A stretch of 64,000 bases of DNA from Calditrichaceae bacterium (GCA_050173015.1 JBFXLE010000006.1:147665-211664); one strand, 5' to 3'. Numbered from the stretch's first letter, positions 1-10,900 are shown. Notes: generated by a model from the sequence alone, not told the origin. Translations and numbers: made by a program.

Positions 1-3000
1 TTAAAATTAATAAACAAGGGAATTGAAGTACCGGTCTATTTCAAAGGAACCGAAGACGGTAAATTTGATCCCGGTGATTATTTTGAATTCTGGGGTGAAA
101 AAAACGAAAAAACATTTTTGAGTCAGTATCCTGATGTCTATGCCGATCCGTTCTCCGATACAAATGTTTACTGGCTGACGCTCTCAACATCCAACGGGCT
201 TCGCATGATCGATGAAAGCGGCGGTATTGTGGAAACACGGCAATATCTCCGGCCCGCCTACTTCAGAGAAACACTTCATTTTGAAGAAGATAATTATTTT
301 GACAGGTTCGGACAGCCCACGGCGAATTTGAATCATCCCGCTTATCAAATTGATCACTGGTTTTTTGACGGCGGCATCAGTTCTGTAGAAAGCAGATCCT
401 ATAATTTTAATTTGCCGTATCCTCTTGATTACGGTTCTGCCGTGACCGTCAAAGCCATGTTCCGCGGAAAGTCCTATTACAGTTATCCGACTAATCTGTT
501 GCAGGGACATCAGGTTACGGTTTGGCTAAATGAGCAAAGAGTCGGACAGGTTATGCCGGCGGATAAATGGGAAGGTCAGACATCAAGGCTGGTCACAAAC
601 GCCACGGGGGCGCTCTCTCAGTCCAATTTGAAAAGCGGAGAGAATGTTTTCCGTGTGGATATGGAACAAAGCGGCGTAACGGATATTGTGCTGCTCAACT
701 GGTTTGAAGTCTCCTACCAGAGATTGTTCAGAGCAGATAATGATTTTATAAAATTTAAAGTGCAGGAAGGTCTTCCCCTGGATTATATCGTTCAATTTGA
801 GATTGATGGTTTTTCCAATTCAAAAATTGATGTGTATAAACTGGGTGTCAGCAAAATCGGAAACGGAAGAATTGATTATTTCAAGAATGAAGTCAATCGT
901 TTTTCCTACCGTTTAACGATTCAGGATGAAATTTTTGATCCAAAAACGACCTATGTGGCTGTAACCGAAAGCGGTAAGAAAAAACCGTCGTATATAAAAG
1001 CCTTTACACCCTGGAAAGAAAATAATCCCGCCCTTACCCTGACCAATAATTCGAATGCGGCTGATTATCTTATCATTACGGAAAGTCTCCTGTATCAGAA
1101 CGCGTTAAAACTGAAGCTTTTGAAAGAAGAAGCGGGTTACCATCCTGAAGTTGTCACCGTTGAGAATATCTACGATACCTTTAATTATGGAATTAAATCA
1201 CCGATCGCCATTAAAAATTTTCTAACCTATGCGTATCAGAGCTGGAGTCAGACATACCCGTTAAAATATGTGGTTTTGACCGGTGACGCCTCTTATAATT
1301 ACAAGGGAACCGGAGATCTGGTTCCGACGATGATGTTTGAGACGGAGAAATACGGCGCGGCTGCTTCCGATTACTGGTATGCACTGATATCCGGAGATGA
1401 TTATATACCGGATATAGTTGTTGCGAGGATACCGGCAAATACAAATCAGCAGCTGCTGAATTACCTTGATAAAATAAATAATTACCAGAATAATCCGGTT
1501 GCCGGAGAGTGGCGAAACACGTCGCTGTTTATCAGCGGAAATGACGCGGGTACACGGGAAAATATCACCAATAAGCCGGTGTTCAGGACCCAGAATCTTC
1601 GATTGATCAATATGAAAAACCAGGGTCAGAATTTTTCACGACGTCTGAATACCGTAAAGAATGAAGAAATCGAGGGTGTTGATCCTGCATATGGCAGTAC
1701 CACGGATTTGATCGAATATTTCGACGACGGTGTTTCCTATGTCAATTTTCTGGGACATGGCGGCGGCGGGATTTGGGCGGATGTACAGTTGTTTAGTCTC
1801 GCTGATGTGGACCGGCTCAATAATGAACATTATCAGCCGTTTATTTCCAGCATGACCTGCTTCACAGGCGCATTTGAGAATCCCGGTAAAGACGGTCTGG
1901 CGGAAAAGTTTGTGATGACCGCGAAAAAAGGAGCCATCGGTATGGTGGCGAGCTCCGGGGTTGGCTGGACTTACAATGATTTTGCTATTGAGTGGGGATT
2001 GTTCGATTATCTGTGGCAGGACGTCTTAACATTCGGCGAAGCCGTTGATATGATGAAAATCTATTATCTGGCGAACCCGATTTATTACACGGAAGACGGC
2101 AGTTTCTATACCTGGAGTTATAATTCTCTAAAATATTCAATGGTCTCCCAATATAATTTCCTGGGTGATCCCGCGTTGAAAATTCAAAAACCGGCGCAAA
2201 GTCTCTCTGTTGTGGTAGATAAGCTGACGCCGGCGGCGGGTGACAGCATCTCGATCAGTGTTAACGGTCAGATCAGCGGCGGTGAGTTGCTTCTGGAAAT
2301 AACAGATATCAATAATTATGAGATATTTAATTTCACCACATCCTTTAATCAGGCCGGTGTTGTTGTTAAAGCCAGGATACCGGAAGACCGGCAAGGTGAA
2401 ACATTATTCATTAAAGCTTATGCAAGCAACAATACGGAAGACGCGAGCGGATACAAACAAATTGGTGTTTCAAAATCAATCATTTCTGATATTGCCGTCT
2501 CACCGGAAAATCCGCTGGTGAATCAACCGCTTTCATTCAGGATCGTGGTGGAAAGCCCGATTCCGGTTACCGCAATGAATTTGCTTAATTTCAGAGATTT
2601 TGAATCGCTTGAAACTTATGGCGTAACGATTCCCATGGAAAAAATAGCGGATACGCTGTTTCAGTCCACCAATGATTTCCCCGGATTCTCCAAAGAAGGT
2701 CAAAAATATTTTGATATATGGATTCAGGATCAAAGTGGCGCTGAAACTACATTCAGATGGAATATCCTGTATATCGGAGATCCGCGCCCTGATCTGACAA
2801 TTGATCCCGGGACAATCCGTTACAGCGGCAATGATCAATTGCAGCTGGAATTTAAAGCGATTAATGACTCAAGGGATCCGGTGTCGGATGTCGTGTTTAT
2901 GGTGTTTGATGACGATGGTTTGGCGACCGGTGTTCCGTTTTCTGAGCAGAGGGTGTCTTTCGGAGCCGGCGAAAAAAAGACGGTATATGCGGATTATAAT

Positions 3001-4206
3001 CCATCCAATTTCCAGGATCAGCGGACGTTTAAAATCGCTGTGGATCCGGTAAATTCCTTTGAGGAAAGAGATGAGCAGAACAATGTATATATCCAATCGG
3101 TAGCGACGGATCATTTTTATGTTGACTATCAAATGGGGACCACCAAAAACGGTGCGCAGAATGACACGCTTCTTCTGGCGGGTATCTGGGGATTTTATAT
3201 ACCTTCTAACAGCATCACCGCGTCATCGGTTATAAATTTTAATAAAACCAATATTCGTGAAATTCTGGAAAACGGCGAGCAAAGGGACTTAAAGTATATC
3301 CGTCTTATGGGGCAAAGTGATTCCAGCGCTATGCGGATTACCATAAAAAATTCAAATACGGTTTTCACAAACCCCGCCGTTTTAAGCGCAAAAATTGATA
3401 CATCTAAATACTCCGCCTCTGTAAGAAATAATCTCTCTTTCTTCCGTTACGATACCTATCTCGGACTCTGGGTGAAAATTGCATCCGCTTTAAAAGGGGA
3501 TGAATTGAGCACGGCGGTAAACAACTCCGGTATGTACGGTGTTTTTAATTTCACAGATGAAAAATCGCCGGTGATTGAATTAACCGCAAACGGACGGCCC
3601 TTGGTAAATGACATGCTTGTGACAAATAATCCGGCTATCGCCATTCTGCTTCAGGATGAAAACGGACTGAATTTTAGGGAGACTTTCTTTGTAAAGCTGA
3701 ACGGAGAAGATGTTCCGCAGGAAGATATGACGTATCCCGACAGTATCAGCAACGCGAATACCATATCAATTTTGACATCTCCGAAACTGACCAGCGGAGC
3801 ACAGGAACTGGAAGTCACGGTTGCCGATGTCAATGGTAATATTTCAACAACAATGTCCACTTTCCAGGTAACTGAAGGATTTAATATAAAGGTTTTCGGA
3901 AATTATCCGAATCCATTTGAAGATGAGACCATAATTTCCTTTTTTGTCGACAGCAATGATGAGATTGATGATTTTTCTATAAAAATCTACACCACATCAG
4001 GAAGACTGATACGTTCCAGGATGTTGGATTTGGATGAATCGGTTGCCAGCGATAATATAAAAATGCCTTCATATCATGAGTTGATTTGGGATGGCACGGA
4101 TGACGGAGGTAATCAGGTCGCGAACGGGGTTTATTTTGCCGTGGTAAAGGGCAAGTATAATGGTAAAACGGTTAAACACACTCTTAAAATAGCCAGGCTT
4201 AAATGA
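1..4206 (+). CDS. C25 (gingipain/PorU-like) cysteine peptidase with CARDB/Ig domains and T9SS/FlgD-type C-terminal sorting domain; 5' truncated
   Basis: Frame is open from base 1 (LKLINKGIEVPVYFKG...DYFEFWG). C25 motifs ADYLIIT, YVVLTGDA, SDYWY, catalytic NFLGHG and SMTCFTG. C-terminal GNYPNPF...WDGTDDGGNQVANGVYF...KIARLK. Confidence 0.85.
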   Translation, partial: LKLINKGIEVPVYFKGTEDGKFDPGDYFEFWGEKNEKTFLSQYPDVYADPFSDTNVYWLTLSTSNGLRMIDESGGIVETRQYLRPAYFRETLHFEEDNYFDRFGQPTANLNHPAYQIDHWFFDGGISSVESRSYNFNLPYPLDYGSAVTVKAMFRGKSYYSYPTNLLQGHQVTVWLNEQRVGQVMPADKWEGQTSRLVTNATGALSQSNLKSGENVFRVDMEQSGVTDIVLLNWFEVSYQRLFRADNDFIKFKVQEGLPLDYIVQFEIDGFSNSKIDVYKLGVSKIGNGRIDYFKNEVNRFSYRLTIQDEIFDPKTTYVAVTESGKKKPSYIKAFTPWKENNPALTLTNNSNAADYLIITESLLYQNALKLKLLKEEAGYHPEVVTVENIYDTFNYGIKSPIAIKNFLTYAYQSWSQTYPLKYVVLTGDASYNYKGTGDLVPTMMFETEKYGAAASDYWYALISGDDYIPDIVVARIPANTNQQLLNYLDKINNYQNNPVAGEWRNTSLFISGNDAGTRENITNKPVFRTQNLRLINMKNQGQNFSRRLNTVKNEEIEGVDPAYGSTTDLIEYFDDGVSYVNFLGHGGGGIWADVQLFSLADVDRLNNEHYQPFISSMTCFTGAFENPGKDGLAEKFVMTAKKGAIGMVASSGVGWTYNDFAIEWGLFDYLWQDVLTFGEAVDMMKIYYLANPIYYTEDGSFYTWSYNSLKYSMVSQYNFLGDPALKIQKPAQSLSVVVDKLTPAAGDSISISVNGQISGGELLLEITDINNYEIFNFTTSFNQAGVVVKARIPEDRQGETLFIKAYASNNTEDASGYKQIGVSKSIISDIAVSPENPLVNQPLSFRIVVESPIPVTAMNLLNFRDFESLETYGVTIPMEKIADTLFQSTNDFPGFSKEGQKYFDIWIQDQSGAETTFRWNILYIGDPRPDLTIDPGTIRYSGNDQLQLEFKAINDSRDPVSDVVFMVFDDDGLATGVPFSEQRVSFGAGEKKTVYADYNPSNFQDQRTFKIAVDPVNSFEERDEQNNVYIQSVATDHFYVDYQMGTTKNGAQNDTLLLAGIWGFYIPSNSITASSVINFNKTNIREILENGEQRDLKYIRLMGQSDSSAMRITIKNSNTVFTNPAVLSAKIDTSKYSASVRNNLSFFRYDTYLGLWVKIASALKGDELSTAVNNSGMYGVFNFTDEKSPVIELTANGRPLVNDMLVTNNPAIAILLQDENGLNFRETFFVKLNGEDVPQEDMTYPDSISNANTISILTSPKLTSGAQELEVTVADVNGNISTTMSTFQVTEGFNIKVFGNYPNPFEDETIISFFVDSNDEIDDFSIKIYTTSGRLIRSRMLDLDESVASDNIKMPSYHELIWDGTDDGGNQVANGVYFAVVKGKYNGKTVKHTLKIARLK

Positions 4207-5213
4207 GAAAAATTATAACCATAACGATATCGATCTTAATATTGATCAATGTGGCCCGGGCGCAGGACAGTAAATATACTGCCTCATTTCTAGAAATGGG
4301 AATCGGGGCCAGGGCGCTGGCCATGGGAAGCGCTTATGTTGGTTTAAGTTCTGATGCTTCGGGATTTTACTGGAATCCCGGTGGTCTCGCGTTTTTGAAA
4401 AATTACCAGGCAGCCTCAATGTATGCCGATTTGTTTGGTTCGCTTGAGAATCAAAATTATATCAGTGTAGCCATCCCGATATTTGGAGGGGCAACCATTT
4501 CACTGGCCTGGGTACGTCTAAGTGTCGAGGATATCCCGCGATACGCGTTTGATGAAACTTCCAATGCTTTTCAGCGGATAACAGGCTCGGCATTGCCTCT
4601 TGATGGAGATGCTGAAGGAAGTTTCAGCAGTTATGATGACGCTTATTATATCACATTCGCGAAATATAAACGGTTAAATATGAATTTAGGTTGGCAATAT
4701 TTTGAAGTACCGATTGATTTTGCGTATGGCGCGAATTTCAAAATCCTGAGACAGCAAATCGATGATAAAACCGGATCGGGATTAGGGGTTGATCTGGGAA
4801 TTCAGGTGAGAATGGCGCTTAGTGATTTGTTTGACGATGATCTGTATGGTGATCTTTCCTTTGGACTGAATGCCCAGGATTTGACCAATACTGAGATTAC
4901 CTGGGATACGGATTCAAAGCACAGGGATGAGGTTGAAAGAAATTTTAAGTATGGATTTGCCTATATTCAGCCCCTGCAGTTTATAAAAAGCAGATTCACA
5001 TTAGCATATGATGTAAATTCCAAATATGAGGGTTCCACGCATTTTGGGACTGAACTACTGTATAATTCCATCCTGGCCATGCGGCTTGGTTCCAACAATG
5101 GTGATTTTACGACAGGAGCCGGGATATATTTCTGGAAATTCCAGTTTGATTACGCGTATCAGAGTCATGATCTGGGCAATTCGCACCGTGTATCAGTTTT
5201 ATTAAATTTTTGA
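4203..5213 (+). CDS. PorV/PorQ-family outer-membrane beta-barrel
   Basis: Signal peptide, FLEMGIGARALAMGSAY...YWNPGGL motif, C-terminal DYAYQSHDLGNSHRVSVLLNF; ATGA overlap with the upstream gene. Confidence 0.85.
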   Translation: MRKIITITISILILINVARAQDSKYTASFLEMGIGARALAMGSAYVGLSSDASGFYWNPGGLAFLKNYQAASMYADLFGSLENQNYISVAIPIFGGATISLAWVRLSVEDIPRYAFDETSNAFQRITGSALPLDGDAEGSFSSYDDAYYITFAKYKRLNMNLGWQYFEVPIDFAYGANFKILRQQIDDKTGSGLGVDLGIQVRMALSDLFDDDLYGDLSFGLNAQDLTNTEITWDTDSKHRDEVERNFKYGFAYIQPLQFIKSRFTLAYDVNSKYEGSTHFGTELLYNSILAMRLGSNNGDFTTGAGIYFWKFQFDYAYQSHDLGNSHRVSVLLNF

Positions 5214-5218
5214 GAGAT

Positions 5219-5986
5219 ATGAGAATCATTTTTTCCATATTGATTATGATGGGAATTTTTGCCTGCTCGGGGCAGGAAACCACGGATAACGATCCTCCGT
5301 CAGCACCCGTTATGGTGCTGAAAGATGCCGGCGATGATACGCTGGCGATTGAGCGAGGGATTGACGCCGTACCCGGATTATCCGATAATTACAAAATTCA
5401 GATCATGTGGTTCAGTCATCCGGAAGGCAGGAATCTGTCAAAATTCAATGTTTACCGGAGTACAGACAGAGAAGGTAAAATTCTATATAAAGAGATCGGT
5501 TCTGTGAAGGTTGATAACGCATCCTTTCAGGATACGGCCTATGTTGATGTATTGTTAAATACGAATATTCCGTATTTTTACTATGTGACGGCAGAAGATG
5601 AACAGGGAAATGAGAGCCTGCCCTCAGATACGGTCTGGTATCAATTAACTGAAAAGGCGCAGTTAGTGACACCGAAAGGTACCATTATAACGAATCCGCC
5701 GATAGTTTTTGAATTTGTTAAGCAGGGAATTCCGAACGGGTATATATTAAGAATAGAAAAAGATCTGGGGTTGCAGGTAAATCCGCTGGCTTATGTGGAA
5801 TGGGTTGAGCCCCTGAAAGATTACGCGACATCGATCATTACCGACAGCCTTTCCGGAGAACAATTGAAAACCATCTTTAGTAACGGTAATTACCGCTGGA
5901 GAATTGATTTGTTTGAGATTGATCCTCTGCATTACGGATCAGAATCCAACTGGGAAACTTTTACGATCAACTGGAGCGATCAATGA
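5219..5986 (+). CDS. Lipoprotein with fibronectin type III-like domain
   Basis: Lipobox IFAC; FN3-like YFYYVTAEDEQGNESLPSD. Confidence 0.7.
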   Translation: MRIIFSILIMMGIFACSGQETTDNDPPSAPVMVLKDAGDDTLAIERGIDAVPGLSDNYKIQIMWFSHPEGRNLSKFNVYRSTDREGKILYKEIGSVKVDNASFQDTAYVDVLLNTNIPYFYYVTAEDEQGNESLPSDTVWYQLTEKAQLVTPKGTIITNPPIVFEFVKQGIPNGYILRIEKDLGLQVNPLAYVEWVEPLKDYATSIITDSLSGEQLKTIFSNGNYRWRIDLFEIDPLHYGSESNWETFTINWSDQ

Positions 5987-6459
5987 AAAAATTTTTACCG
6001 GCCATAGCAATTCTGCTAATATTTTCTTTCGCTGAAGCGCAGAATTTCGACACACCTCAGGAAGCAATCGGTCAGTTTTCCGACCGACCGGCCCAATATA
6101 TACTCGGAACGGGCGATATCCTGCTTGTGAATGTAAATCTTTGGGGTCATGTTCAAAGACCCGGCATTTACAGTATTCCCAGTTCTTACACTCTGATTGA
6201 TTTACTATCATCGGCCGGGGGCCCCATGAAAACAGCCCGGCTAAATGATGTGAGAATTGTTCGTAAAAATGAAGAAGTGATTCGTGTGAATGTAGAAACA
6301 TTCCTTAAAACGGGAAACATTGAACTCCTCCCAATATTACAGCCCGGCGACACTATTATCGTCTCAGGGAGTATTCAGGATGTTTTTGCCCGGGTCGTGG
6401 GTTTTATGAGAGATCTGGCTATTATTGTGAATGTATTTGTGATTGCAAGCAGAATTTAG
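5983..6459 (+). CDS. SLBB-domain protein (polysaccharide export Wza-like fragment)
   Basis: VNLWGHVQRPGIY...LIDLLSSAGG and LQPGDTIIV motifs; signal peptide. Confidence 0.8.
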   Translation: MKKFLPAIAILLIFSFAEAQNFDTPQEAIGQFSDRPAQYILGTGDILLVNVNLWGHVQRPGIYSIPSSYTLIDLLSSAGGPMKTARLNDVRIVRKNEEVIRVNVETFLKTGNIELLPILQPGDTIIVSGSIQDVFARVVGFMRDLAIIVNVFVIASRI

Positions 6460-6568
6460 CCCGTGTTGATCTGTTATTTTATTTGACGAAAATTGTTACT
6501 TAATATTTGAGTAAATATTAATTGAAGAAATTCGCTCCGGTACAAATTATGGCTGATAGGAGTTGTAA

Positions 6569-7705
6569 ATGAAGAAAATAAGCGCACTCGGTACCGCCTT
6601 ATTTTTGTTCACTGTTGCATTGGCACAGGCACAGATAACGAATACAGAAGGTACATTGTTCCATACCCAATCCGGGAAAACCATAGAAAAGGGAACATTG
6701 GTCTTCACGAACAACATGAACTTTTATACGACGGCGGGCGAATATATCGGCTCACTAAAACCGGATAATTTTAAAACTAAAAATTACTGGTTGGTGGCGG
6801 GAAATTTAGGTCTTAATTATGGAATAACAAATCATTTTGATGTTTCGCTCGGCCTCCGTGTTTATCAGGATACTCATTATTCAAACGAATACAATCTTCC
6901 GGATGATTTATTTTTAACATTAAAGCTGGGATCATTTGCTTCTAGCAGAAATCATTTTTATCAGGCTTTTAGTGGAACGATGAGGTTCCCCACAGGCGAG
7001 ATACACAATTATCCGTTTGAAGAGTTTGCAAGCGGAGCCATCGAATTTGGATTTTTGTGGGCGGCAAGCTATTTTTCGGATCCATATCTTCCAAAACGGT
7101 CATTCAGCCTGCATTTTAATATGGGCTGGTGGTCTCATAATGAAGCGGGCACGACTGTTTATGAGTACGACGACGGCACAAAACTCGATGCAACCGTGAA
7201 CTCAAACGAGCTAAGATTGGCAATGGGCGCGGTTTATCCCACAAATTTGTTTGATTACCGGGTTGAATTAAGCGGGATTATTTATATAACTGATCCCGAT
7301 CGCTTTGTGTACAGCGCCGAAGAATGGTCCTTTCTGACGCCCAGTATTCGGTACAAGCCATTTAGCTGGGCCACCTTTGATCTTGGAGTGGATATACGCC
7401 TTTCGCCTGAACGGCAATTTACCAGTGGCGTACCGGATCTAAGCACTAATTTGGATCTGCCCGGCAGTTATCCCCCCTGGAAGGTGCAAATGGGAGCAAA
7501 TTTTAATCTTGGATTATTCAACAAAAGAGCATTAAATAATCCGGATTATGAGCGGAGAGAATATCTGAAAAAAATAGAATTGATCGAGACTGTTATTGAA
7601 GAACAGGAAAAGGCTGAAAAAGCTCAGAAAGAATTTGAAAATCTGAAAAAGGTTCGAAAAAGCACGGATAAGGAATTAGAGGATTTAAAAAATGTTCTGG
7701 AATAA
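6569..7705 (+). CDS. Uncharacterised exported beta-rich protein with C-terminal coiled coil (paralogue 1)
   Basis: AGGAG SD, signal peptide, amphipathic beta-strands, E/K-rich C-terminus. Confidence 0.75.
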   Translation: MKKISALGTALFLFTVALAQAQITNTEGTLFHTQSGKTIEKGTLVFTNNMNFYTTAGEYIGSLKPDNFKTKNYWLVAGNLGLNYGITNHFDVSLGLRVYQDTHYSNEYNLPDDLFLTLKLGSFASSRNHFYQAFSGTMRFPTGEIHNYPFEEFASGAIEFGFLWAASYFSDPYLPKRSFSLHFNMGWWSHNEAGTTVYEYDDGTKLDATVNSNELRLAMGAVYPTNLFDYRVELSGIIYITDPDRFVYSAEEWSFLTPSIRYKPFSWATFDLGVDIRLSPERQFTSGVPDLSTNLDLPGSYPPWKVQMGANFNLGLFNKRALNNPDYERREYLKKIELIETVIEEQEKAEKAQKEFENLKKVRKSTDKELEDLKNVLE

Positions 7706-7914
7706 TGTTTTGATGAAATATTCCATTCATTTCTTTCGGATATGACAATATTAACACTATGATTGCATCATTATAAAAAAAGAAGTAAATTCTAAATCGT
7801 TGCATCTGATGGGTTTAGGATTGTTTTGGTTTGTAAAATGCGCGGGAAATGATGCCGTGCTTAAGTAAAGGTTATAAAAATTCGTTTATTAAATCCTACT
7901 CTGGGGAGGTTGAG

Positions 7915-9039
7915 ATGAAAAAGCTCAGCTTAATTTTGCTGATATTCGTTTGTTTCGGTACCGTGTTTAGTCAACCACCTAATGGAAGCTACAGCTTAAT
8001 TCACACCCAAAGCGCGAGAACGTTTGAAAAGGGTCGTCTCGAGCTTCACACAAATATGAACTTTTATACGAAACTGGCGGACTATATCGGTGATCCAAGT
8101 TTGCGGCCTGCAGATTTCAATTCATATAACTTGTGGGTAGCGGCCGGAAACATCGCGTTAACATATGGCGTGCTTGATCATTTTGACGTGACCATCGCCC
8201 CTCGAATTTATCAGGATACTCAGCAAAAAGATGAATACAATTTGCCGGATGATATTTTTGTAACTTTAAAGCTCGGCTCGTTTGCGTTCGGCGACAGAAA
8301 ATTTTACGGAGCGTTTCTGGGGAATATGAGATTACCAACCGGTGATGTGCATAATTACCCATTTACCTCATACGCGAGCGGCGCTTATGAATTCGGATTA
8401 ACAGGAGCGCTGTCTTATTACGCGGATGCGTATTTACCTGAAAGAGCCTGGAATGTCCATCTGAATCTCGGATGGTGGAATCATAATGAAGCCGGAGAGG
8501 AATTAGCGAAGAATAAATTTGCTACTAAGAACTCGACTGAAATTCAGTATGCTTTGGGTTTTGTTTATCCAACCAGTATTTTTGATTTCACTCTGGAATT
8601 GAACGGTATCAGTTATATTGATCAGCCTGACCCGTTTGTTTACGCGCGCGAAGATTGGATGTATATAACGCCAAGTTTACGTTATAAAGCGTTGTCCTGG
8701 CTTTCATTTGATCTTGGTGTCGATATTCGTGTAACAGGAGGTACCGAAGAATCCATCTATACCTTTGACAGAATTGATTTACCGAATTATACAAGCTGGC
8801 AGGTTCAGATGGGAGCAAACATTACCATATTACCTCTGGTTTCCGTAGGAAAGAGCTCGGTTCAGCTGGAAAAGGAAGAATTTAACAAGCGTGTAAAATT
8901 TTTCCAGAAAATCCTTGAAGACCGTCAGAGATCCGATGAAGTTCAGGAAGAACTGGAAAAATTAAAAGCGGAGCGGGAAGCAGCTGAGCGGGAATTGGAA
9001 GAATTAAAACAAATTCTGCAGGAAGAAGGCAGTTATTAA
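7915..9039 (+). CDS. Uncharacterised exported beta-rich protein with C-terminal coiled coil (paralogue 2)
   Basis: GGGAGGT SD before ATG 7915 (MKKLSL...); many motifs shared with 6569..7705. Confidence 0.75.
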   Translation: MKKLSLILLIFVCFGTVFSQPPNGSYSLIHTQSARTFEKGRLELHTNMNFYTKLADYIGDPSLRPADFNSYNLWVAAGNIALTYGVLDHFDVTIAPRIYQDTQQKDEYNLPDDIFVTLKLGSFAFGDRKFYGAFLGNMRLPTGDVHNYPFTSYASGAYEFGLTGALSYYADAYLPERAWNVHLNLGWWNHNEAGEELAKNKFATKNSTEIQYALGFVYPTSIFDFTLELNGISYIDQPDPFVYAREDWMYITPSLRYKALSWLSFDLGVDIRVTGGTEESIYTFDRIDLPNYTSWQVQMGANITILPLVSVGKSSVQLEKEEFNKRVKFFQKILEDRQRSDEVQEELEKLKAEREAAERELEELKQILQEEGSY

Positions 9040-9043
9040 TATA

Positions 9044-9079
9044 AAAATCCCCTGTCCTGGCAGGGGATTTTCATTTTTT
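9044..9079 (+). terminator. Intrinsic terminator
   Basis: AAAATCCCCTGT-CCTG-GCAGGGGATTTT hairpin followed by a T-rich tract, just after the stop at 9039. Confidence 0.8.
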
Positions 9080-9236
9080 GTAATATATGTTCATTATCAG
9101 TCAGATTGTTTCGCCCCTATTATTGCTTCATGTCTAAGATTTGAATCATAAGTATAAACATTTGATAAGCGGCGGGAATATTTTCATTTTATATAAAGTG
9201 GATAGATATATTTGGCATATGGTGGAGCGGGCAATC

Positions 9237-9265
9237 TTGATTAAGGGATAAAAAAAAAGTAAATT
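9237..9265 (+). promoter_or_regulatory. Putative sigma70 promoter
   Basis: TTGATT-N17-TAAATT, 30 bp upstream of ATG 9296. Confidence 0.4.
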
Positions 9266-9295
9266 CAAATCAGGTTAAATAAATATCCGAAGAGT

Positions 9296-10891
9296 ATGAA
9301 ATCTAATAAACAAATCCAATTTCACACGCTGGACGCAAAACCGGCCGTAAATGTCTGCATATTCAGAAATCGGAAATATATTGATTTTAAGATCGAGGAT
9401 AATGTATTTGATGTCATGGATCTTGAAAACAATACAGTTCTTGCCGGAATATCGAGCGACAGAGTGTGGCGCATTAAAATTAAAGAATCAAAGCCCGCCG
9501 TTTACAGCTATTTTCTGATTTTGGATGAGTCAACGGATATGGACTCTATCCGGAAAAACTATGAAGCCTTCCAAAAGACGGTAAGCAATATTACAATTAT
9601 TGATACCGGTGGAGATGTTTATCTTGGTGAGCGGTTTTTGACAACCAATAAAAAATATTTACTGCTGGCGGGTCCCTTCGAAGATGAGCGTACAGCCAGA
9701 CACAATTCTAAGCTGTTTGGTCAGCTAAATCATTGCCGCCTCCACCGTCAGCAGGTTAAAGATGGTTCGGGTGTCCTCGAGATATTTGATTCGGAATATG
9801 AAATAAGCGCCGAAGTAAAAGATGGAATAAGGCTTGTTCCTCACGATCATTCCGCAATGATAGAGCTGGAACACTTTGAGATCCATAACCATAATAATGA
9901 TAAACGTCAGCATGAACAATTATTTTATCCCGGAGAAATGACGATCAAAATTGATGAGAGCGAACTTCTCGCGGGAATGAGTAGCGTTTGTGTTGAAGAT
10001 TATCTCAAGGGGGTAATTCATTCCGAAATCGGCGCCGGCGAGCCATTTGAATTTGTAAAAAGTATGGCTATTGTAGCGCGGAGTGAAGTGTTTGCGAGAT
10101 TCGGTCAAAAACATATCGGGGAACTTTTTGATTTTTGCGGCGATGGACATTGTTTAAGGTATTTTGGCAAAAGATTCAATGATCCCGTTATTGATCGGGC
10201 AGTGAAGGAAACACGGGGACAAGTGCTTGGAGATAACGGAAGAGTTTGCGACGCTCATTTTACTTATTCCTGCGGCGGGCATACCGAAAATGCCGCTGAT
10301 GTCTGGTTGACGAGTACATCAAATTTTTCAATCGGGAAATATGACGGAAATTCAAATAAGAAAAATGAAGTAGATTTGACCAGGGAAGAAGAAGGACAAA
10401 AGTGGATTCTAAGAAGGCCTGACGTATATTGCAACCTGGTTTCGAATGAGCCTCCGGCGGCTTTGAAGGACGCTACGGAAACATTCCGGTGGGAAGTCTT
10501 CTATACCAGAAATGAATTGGAGCAAATCCTCGAAGAAAAAACCGGTGAGCAGCCCGGGATTATCTATGAGATTATACCCAAAAAACGAGGGGTTTCCGGC
10601 AGGTTAAAAGAAGTTGAGATTTTCGGAAGTCTAAAAAATATTACCATCAAAGGTGAACTGAACATTCGATCCGCGTTTTCGGATGGTTTGTTAAAAAGTT
10701 CGTGTTTTTTTGTAAAACCGGATGTTGATGATGACGGAGTTCCCATAAATTTTATGTTCATCGGGGCCGGTATGGGGCATGGTGTTGGGCTTTGCAAAGT
10801 GGGCGCCGCCATGATGGCGAAGGATAATAAATCAGCGGATGAGATTCTCCTTCATTATTTTGAAAAAAGTAAAATCATAAAAATTTATTAA
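9296..10891 (+). CDS. SpoIID/LytB domain lytic transglycosylase
   Basis: EDYLKGVIHSE, AIVARS, FDFCGDGHC, SCGGHTE and GAGMGHGVGLCKVGA motifs. Confidence 0.9.
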   Translation: MKSNKQIQFHTLDAKPAVNVCIFRNRKYIDFKIEDNVFDVMDLENNTVLAGISSDRVWRIKIKESKPAVYSYFLILDESTDMDSIRKNYEAFQKTVSNITIIDTGGDVYLGERFLTTNKKYLLLAGPFEDERTARHNSKLFGQLNHCRLHRQQVKDGSGVLEIFDSEYEISAEVKDGIRLVPHDHSAMIELEHFEIHNHNNDKRQHEQLFYPGEMTIKIDESELLAGMSSVCVEDYLKGVIHSEIGAGEPFEFVKSMAIVARSEVFARFGQKHIGELFDFCGDGHCLRYFGKRFNDPVIDRAVKETRGQVLGDNGRVCDAHFTYSCGGHTENAADVWLTSTSNFSIGKYDGNSNKKNEVDLTREEEGQKWILRRPDVYCNLVSNEPPAALKDATETFRWEVFYTRNELEQILEEKTGEQPGIIYEIIPKKRGVSGRLKEVEIFGSLKNITIKGELNIRSAFSDGLLKSSCFFVKPDVDDDGVPINFMFIGAGMGHGVGLCKVGAAMMAKDNKSADEILLHYFEKSKIIKIY

Positions 10892-10900
10892 GCAGGATCT

